Shown piece by piece: positions 58,844 to 64,000 of a stretch of 64,000 bases of DNA (within the stretch, counting starts at the first letter, position 1; every line of letters starts with the position of its first letter). Origin of the DNA: an uncultured Nitrospiraceae bacterium (GTDB taxonomy: Bacteria; Nitrospirota; Nitrospiria; Nitrospirales; Nitrospiraceae); contig CAVSTP010000002.1 in the NCBI GenBank assembly GCA_963730935.1, positions 768,001-832,000 on the forward strand, given 5' to 3'. The translations under genes and the position numbers were made by a program. The notes under the pieces were generated by a model. The model searched no databases. It worked only from the letters and a program-made list of their open reading frames with translations, and was not told the origin of the DNA.

Positions 58844-59512
58844 CTAAAGCGTTGCGGAGGAAAAATCCAGCTCCAGCTGTCTGGGCAACTCCAATCGGCG
58901 GCACGGCCTGACGGCGGCTGTTTCTGACGGCGCCGGGCGTGCGAGATCCGCAGACGATAGTTCGTGAAGGGCTCCTCGGCAACTTCCGCAATGATGGCGG
59001 CGGGGCTGGATCGTCCGCCGCTGGCGCCGGTAAATGCGCCCGCATCGCCCACAGCGCCACGCAAACCGGGAGAGCGCCTGCACTTCCTTCTTCAACGCGT
59101 GGTAGACCGTAATGGCGAGGGCGCCGTCGCGGTTCATTTCCCGCATCTTGCGGAGGAAATCCGGTCCATGATTCGGACGCCGCTTGAGGATATCGTATTG
59201 CCACTGGTGGATCATCTCATGCGCCACTGTGCTGACGAGTTCGTTGTTCCCAAACGGGGTACGCGCCAACAGCGGGGTCAGAAGCGGAACCGACAAGCGG
59301 ATTTCCCGTTTCGGGCACTTGGGCGTCGCGCTGTCGCCCCAAGACGAACGGGGGCCGGCCCGGCTTACGAACATGCCAACGGACGAGGTCAACCGTCTGC
59401 TCCAGACCAGCGCGATCGGAGGAAGCGTGCCGTCGAAGTACCGTCTATTGAGATCGTTCCAAATGTCGGCGAGTTGCAACGAGTTTAAGGGAGGATGACT
59501 GTGCGCGGTCAT
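58844..59512 (-). CDS. SprT-like zinc metalloprotease with zinc ribbon
   Basis: LN..YF, HEMIH, HG..F, CxxC...CxxC; C-terminal QLELDF. Confidence 0.9.
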   Translation of the reverse strand: MTAHSHPPLNSLQLADIWNDLNRRYFDGTLPPIALVWSRRLTSSVGMFVSRAGPRSSWGDSATPKCPKREIRLSVPLLTPLLARTPFGNNELVSTVAHEMIHQWQYDILKRRPNHGPDFLRKMREMNRDGALAITVYHALKKEVQALSRFAWRCGRCGRIYRRQRRTIQPRRHHCGSCRGALHELSSADLARPAPSETAAVRPCRRLELPRQLELDFSSATL

Positions 59513-60513
59513 GCGCGGCGGGACCCCAGCTCTTCTGCGACGGCGGCCACAAGCAAGGGGAGCATGATTTCATGATGGCCGATGAGCGAATAGCCCTTGC
59601 CCCCTTTCTGCGTCGGTCGGCGGACGACATTGGTGAGCGGGCGATAATGAGCAAGGAAATCCATGTTGACGGTGGTGATATGGGATAAGGGATGACCCAG
59701 ATTGCGTCCGAGGGACACCGTCTTCAGAAACACTTCTGGCAAGACGACCGCGGACCCGATGTTCAGGTACACGCCGCCTTCCATCCGGGCGACCACCGCA
59801 GCCAGGCGCCGAAAATCCAACAGCGAGGTGGCGCCGATCGCCGCCCCATCGGCCGACGGATGCATGTGGATGATGTCCGTGCCGACGGCGACATGGACCG
59901 TGACGGGTATGCCGAGTTTGGTGCCGGTGGCCAGAATGCTCGTGGCACGGTTTGGAAATCGTCCCTTCGAGCGGTTGATGTAGCGGCCTACGGCTTCACC
60001 CAAGCCTTGTCCATTTCGATGGCCTTCCGCAATCGCTTCATTGAGAACGCTGCCGGTTTCCTCCGCCATGCCGAATCGTCCTTCATCGATCTCGTCGTCG
60101 ACTTCCTCTGAGGTATGACCCATCAGGGCCAGTTCGAAGTCATGGATGATGCCTGCACCGTTCATGGCCACCGCCGTGATCAGGCCCTGCTCCATCCAAC
60201 TGACGAGAATCGGCGTGAGACCGACCTTGATCACATGGGCGCCGATGCCGACAATCACCGGCCGGCCCTTGCGATGGGCCTGCGCGATCGCGTTGGCCAC
60301 GGCACGCAGCGTTTTGACGGCGAGAATATCGGGAAGGGCTCGATAGAACAGACTGAAGCTGCCTCCGCGGCGCCAAGGCTTTGCAAAATCCGAGACGCGC
60401 ACCTTGCTGTGCCGCTTCTTGAGTGGATACGTCTTTAAATCGGAAACATTGATTGGAGGAATCAAACGAGGCGTGCGATTGGAGTGGCCGGTCCGGTCAG
60501 GAAGCTTTGCCAA
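59509..60513 (-). CDS. Deoxyhypusine synthase-like fold protein of unknown function
   Basis: GAHVIK.G, MNGAG.IHD.E, GTDI.H, GSAV..PEVFLK, GHHE. Confidence 0.75.
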   Translation of the reverse strand: MAKLPDRTGHSNRTPRLIPPINVSDLKTYPLKKRHSKVRVSDFAKPWRRGGSFSLFYRALPDILAVKTLRAVANAIAQAHRKGRPVIVGIGAHVIKVGLTPILVSWMEQGLITAVAMNGAGIIHDFELALMGHTSEEVDDEIDEGRFGMAEETGSVLNEAIAEGHRNGQGLGEAVGRYINRSKGRFPNRATSILATGTKLGIPVTVHVAVGTDIIHMHPSADGAAIGATSLLDFRRLAAVVARMEGGVYLNIGSAVVLPEVFLKTVSLGRNLGHPLSHITTVNMDFLAHYRPLTNVVRRPTQKGGKGYSLIGHHEIMLPLLVAAVAEELGSRRA

Positions 60514-61075
60514 GGAGCTCTTCCTCTGTCAGTTCGCAGAGCACGTGTCCAAGCGTAATATGGCTCTCCTGAATCCGCGCCGTGACCTTCGAGGGCACCA
60601 CAAAGGCGAAGTCGACCAATGCGGCCAACTTGCCGCCTGTCCCGCCGGTCCAGGCCACGGTCGTGAGCCCGCAGGCCTTCGCCGCTTCCACGCCTTTCAG
60701 GACGTTTGGAGAATTCCCGCTGGTACTGATCGCGATGGCGACGTCGCCCTTTTGGCCATGGGCGCGCACCTGTCGGGCGAAGAGCTCGTCGTACCCATAG
60801 TCGTTGGCGATGCAGGTGATCGCGGCAATATCGGTCGCAAGAGCGATCGCAGGCAGGGGAGCGCGTTCCCGCTTATAGCGGCCGACGAATTCCGCGGCGA
60901 CGTGCGAGGCGTCCGTCGCACTGCCCCCGTTGCCGAACAACAAGACTTTGTGACCTTCCCGGAAAGTCCTGGCAATGAGCTTCGCCACTTCCACGATTCG
61001 GTCGGCATGGTCGCGCGCGAACTGCTGCTTGACGGTCGCGCTGTCGTTGAACGCTTGGAGGACAAAGTCGCGCAT
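60497..61075 (-). CDS. gmhA: Sedoheptulose-7-phosphate isomerase
   Basis: GNGGSA.DA.H, ND.GY, STSGNS.N, IQE.H. Confidence 0.95.
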   Translation of the reverse strand: MRDFVLQAFNDSATVKQQFARDHADRIVEVAKLIARTFREGHKVLLFGNGGSATDASHVAAEFVGRYKRERAPLPAIALATDIAAITCIANDYGYDELFARQVRAHGQKGDVAIAISTSGNSPNVLKGVEAAKACGLTTVAWTGGTGGKLAALVDFAFVVPSKVTARIQESHITLGHVLCELTEEELLGKAS

Positions 61076-61083
61076 GGAAGGTA

Positions 61084-61112
61084 ATTCTAGGCGAGGGCCC
61101 CCATGCTGTCAA
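61084..61112 (-). promoter_or_regulatory. Sigma70 promoter of gmhA, probably leaderless
   Basis: TTGACA-N17-TAGAAT, then 8 nt to the ATG; no SD. Confidence 0.7.
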
Positions 61113-61136
61113 ACGCCGCCAGTGTCCAGCATCGTG

Positions 61137-62075
61137 TCAGGATTTGGCCGGAGCAGCTGGAGTGGTCTGTCTAATGGCGTTCATGGCCACGGCGATCATC
61201 GATCCGACGTCAGAGACACTGGCCGGCAGAATGAGCGTGTTGTTAGTCTTGGCCAGCTCACCGAATTTGGTGATGTACTGTTCGGCGACCCGCAGTTGAA
61301 CCGCCTCCTGGCCTCCGGGAACTTGAATGGTCTCGGCGACCTTGCGCAATCCCTCGGCTGTGGCCTGGGCGATGGCAAGGATTGCGGAAGCGGCACCCTC
61401 GGCTTCATTGATCTGCTGCTGTTTCTTGGCTTCCGAGGCCTTAATCACCTGTTGCTTCTCACCTTCGGCTTGGTTGATCACCGCGTCGCGTTCGCCTTCG
61501 GAGGTGAGGATCAGCGCGCGTTTTTCACGCTCCGCGCGCATCTGTTTCTCCATCGCGTCGAGCACGCCCTTCGGCGGGGTGATGTTCTTGATTTCGTAGC
61601 GCAGAACTTTCACGCCCCAGGATTCAGAGGCTTTGTCCAATTCATTCACGACCTGGATGTTGATGTTGGTTCGCTCTTCGAAGGTGCGGTCCAGTTCGAT
61701 TTTCCCAATCTCACTGCGCAACGTCGTTTGGGCCAGCTGCGACAGTGCAAAATGATAGTCGTTGATCCCGTAGGAGGCACGTTCCGGATTGAGTACCTTG
61801 AGATACAAAATGCCGTCGACTGCCACCTGGACGTTATCACGCGTGATGCAGACTTGCTCCGGGATGTCGACAGCGGTTTCTTTCAGTGAATGTCGATACC
61901 GGATTGTATCCACGAATGGCAGGAGAATATGAAACCCCGCATTCAACGTATCGGAATACTTGCCGAGACGTTCCACGACGTACGCACTCTGTTGCGGCAC
62001 GACGACGGCGGTTTTGGCAATGACGTAGAGGACCAGTAGAGCAAGAAAGAGGACGACAAACGTACCAGCTGACAT
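61137..62075 (-). CDS. SPFH/band 7 stomatin-like protein (QmcA-like)
   Basis: VVERLGKY, ITRDNV, QTTLRS.IG, QM.AER.KRA; SD GGAGG. Confidence 0.93.
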   Translation of the reverse strand: MSAGTFVVLFLALLVLYVIAKTAVVVPQQSAYVVERLGKYSDTLNAGFHILLPFVDTIRYRHSLKETAVDIPEQVCITRDNVQVAVDGILYLKVLNPERASYGINDYHFALSQLAQTTLRSEIGKIELDRTFEERTNINIQVVNELDKASESWGVKVLRYEIKNITPPKGVLDAMEKQMRAEREKRALILTSEGERDAVINQAEGEKQQVIKASEAKKQQQINEAEGAASAILAIAQATAEGLRKVAETIQVPGGQEAVQLRVAEQYITKFGELAKTNNTLILPASVSDVGSMIAVAMNAIRQTTPAAPAKS

Positions 62076-62178
62076 GCTTACCTCCTCCATCGTCACTAAC
62101 CTATAGACTGTGAAAAGCGTGCGAGGTGTCGCCGTGACAGAGTTCGTTTTGGCCTATCGCTCACCGTCGAGCGCGCGA

Positions 62179-62613
62179 CTACTCGGTGGTAATCCAGAGC
62201 GTCAACCCGTCGACTTTTGTCACCTTCCCTCGCTGACCCTTGCGAAAGTCGGTTGGACCCACATTTTTCGCTGTCCAGGTGCTGCCACGCAGTTCCGCTC
62301 TTCCGGTCGCGCCGGCTGGCAAAGCCTCCAGAGGAATCACCACCTCGCCGACCATCGAGTCCACATGCGCATGTGCATCGCGGCCGTCACTCATCCGTGC
62401 CAGCAACGGACCGCGGAAGATGAGCAGCGAGCCGATGGCGATCACAGAAAAGAGCAACCATTGCAACCAATCCATGCTGACGACCTTGAGCCCGGCCAAG
62501 GTACCTACGAGCAGGGCAGATAAGCCAAAAAATAGAATGTAGAAGCCGCCGGGCGTCGTCATTTCAGCGCCCAGCAGTGCTAGACCCAGAACCATCCAAT
62601 ACCACCAGACCAT
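62179..62613 (-). CDS. nfeD: NfeD-like membrane protein
   Basis: W...G..L..AE, TM helices and OB-fold G...LRGSTW.A; upstream of SPFH. Confidence 0.9.
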   Translation of the reverse strand: MVWWYWMVLGLALLGAEMTTPGGFYILFFGLSALLVGTLAGLKVVSMDWLQWLLFSVIAIGSLLIFRGPLLARMSDGRDAHAHVDSMVGEVVIPLEALPAGATGRAELRGSTWTAKNVGPTDFRKGQRGKVTKVDGLTLWITTE

Positions 62614-62768
62614 GTGGAAACCTCTGAAAATCAGGCGCGGTGCGGTAGGGCGACGAAATGTTACGGAAGTCTAAGCGCCTTGACCATGACCGTCAAGCAG
62701 AAGGACGCGTTCCGAATGGTCAAGGCCCACGGGCTTTTGCGCCAGCCTCGTGATATAGTCCGCGCGCA

Positions 62769-64000
62769 ATGGCCCAAGATCAACCGGTCGCCGCCTTGGT
62801 CGTCGCGCTCACTGGAGAGATGGCTCCAGCCGTGTATTCGATCAATCGGCTCCGTCCGGAAGCCCTCTGTTTCGTCCTGCCAGACTCGGCAAAGGCGCTC
62901 GTGGAAACAGACGTCCAGCCTCGGATCAGCCAAATGCCGCGCCGCTGGGATTGGGTGCTGGTCTCGGATCCGGACCACTTTCCTAGCTGTTACCAGACGG
63001 TCGCGCGGTCACTTCCTGCAATGCTTCGCACCTGGGAAGTCGATCCAGGAGCACTGGTCGTGGATGTGACCGGTGCCACTGCAGCCATGGCCGGCGCCCT
63101 CGTCCTTGCTGCGACGCCGTTCACGTCCCGCATCGTGTCCCTGATCGAGCCCAAGGAGGGACGCGAAGGCGATGCTGTCACGCTCGAAGGCGGGGAACGT
63201 CTCTGGATTTCGATGAATCCGTGGGATGAAGGCGCCGAAAGCGTGAGGCGGCAAGGCTACGAACTTTTCAACCGTGGCGCATTTGTGGCCGCGGCAACCA
63301 TCTTCCGTCAAATTGAAAGCCGCGTGAGCGGTGGGCAGAAGCCGCTCTATCGCGCCTTGGCTGATCTTGCCGAGGGGTATGACCTGTGGGAGCGCTTTCA
63401 CTATCGTCAGGCTTGGGAGAAGCTGAAAGGCGCCGTCAAGGCGATGGAGATGGCGTCATTGTTCGGAGGGCCGCCGGGACTGAAAGCAGGAATTCCGGCG
63501 ATTAAAGCCAATGCCGGTTTCTTGGAAAAACTCGTTCTGGATCCAGCCGACGTCAAGGAACTGCTCCCCTTTGAGTTGCTGGCGCATGCGGGCCGACGGC
63601 TTCGCGTCGCGCATGATACGGAGGCGGCCATGCGGGCGCTGGCGCGGGCGCTGGAAGGCTTTGGCCAATGCCGTCTCTTCAAGCAATACCACATCAAGAC
63701 GTGGGACGTTCAGCCGGACCAACTGCCGCAGGCGCTTCAAGAGACCTGCCGCACCTGTTACCTCCAAGACATCGATGGCAAATACGTGCTGCCTGCGCAG
63801 GCGCAATTCCGTCTGTTGGCCGCACTGGACGATCCGATGGGCCACACGTACCTCAAGGAGTGGCCGATAATGAAGCCGTTGCTCGATGCCGCCAACCATG
63901 CCGTGCTGGGTCATGGGTTTGACACGGTCAAGAGCGAGCGGGTGCAGCAATTATATGACGTGGTCGTCAGACTGACGGGAATTCAAGACGGCTCGTTGCC
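62769..64000 (+). CDS. TIGR02710-like CARF-HEPN (Csm6-like) protein, degenerate, truncated by window end
   Basis: Manual translation open to 64000: VDVTGATAAM (cf. DxTGGTKxM), NPW, GYDLWERF, LLAHAGRR...RALE, ANHAVLGHG (cf. RNxSILAHG). Confidence 0.8.
   Translation, partial: MAQDQPVAALVVALTGEMAPAVYSINRLRPEALCFVLPDSAKALVETDVQPRISQMPRRWDWVLVSDPDHFPSCYQTVARSLPAMLRTWEVDPGALVVDVTGATAAMAGALVLAATPFTSRIVSLIEPKEGREGDAVTLEGGERLWISMNPWDEGAESVRRQGYELFNRGAFVAAATIFRQIESRVSGGQKPLYRALADLAEGYDLWERFHYRQAWEKLKGAVKAMEMASLFGGPPGLKAGIPAIKANAGFLEKLVLDPADVKELLPFELLAHAGRRLRVAHDTEAAMRALARALEGFGQCRLFKQYHIKTWDVQPDQLPQALQETCRTCYLQDIDGKYVLPAQAQFRLLAALDDPMGHTYLKEWPIMKPLLDAANHAVLGHGFDTVKSERVQQLYDVVVRLTGIQDGSL

Noticed and set aside
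60975..61889. 304-aa plus-strand ORF
   Set aside because: Antisense shadow of the SPFH gene and gmhA
62614..63950. Short ORF-track entries (62614+, 62661-, 63009-, 63456- and others)
   Set aside because: Better explained by the single long plus-strand CARF-HEPN frame from 62769
1..64000. tRNA, rRNA, IS elements, integrases, prophage genes
   Set aside because: None recognised on either strand

Overview
GC-rich bacterial chromosomal segment. The gene families and small proteins suggest Nitrospira (Nitrospirota); this is inferred, not searched. I found no rRNA, tRNA, CRISPR array, integrase or transposase. 1-4 kb: MEKHLA, TPR, lipoproteins, MscS and xth. 4-33 kb: accessory stress, signalling and envelope region with a four-gene two-component cascade, a partly decayed small-protein operon, USP/PRTase/hydrolase genes, an exported lipase-patatin pair, redox proteins and PPi-PFK. 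33-43 kb: trehalose genes (GH15, sensor-fused otsA, otsB) and sdhCAB. 43-62.6 kb: mostly housekeeping (lemA/TPM, murJ, ogt, dtd, mtgA, engB, PPIases, mfd, rfaE2, dinB, sprT, gmhA, SPFH/nfeD). Best leads: (1) an orphan TIGR02710-like CARF-HEPN gene with degenerate ligand and catalytic motifs, missing from the ORF track because it runs off the window; (2) a membrane leader ORF ending FRPP whose stop region can pair with the RBS of the next gene, a candidate arrest-peptide attenuator; (3) an SprT protease with a C-terminal beta-clamp-like motif directly upstream of dinB; (4) an unannotated small gene that appears to start at ATC; (5) a TGA-interrupted CxxC...CxxC gene; (6) several apparently leaderless genes.
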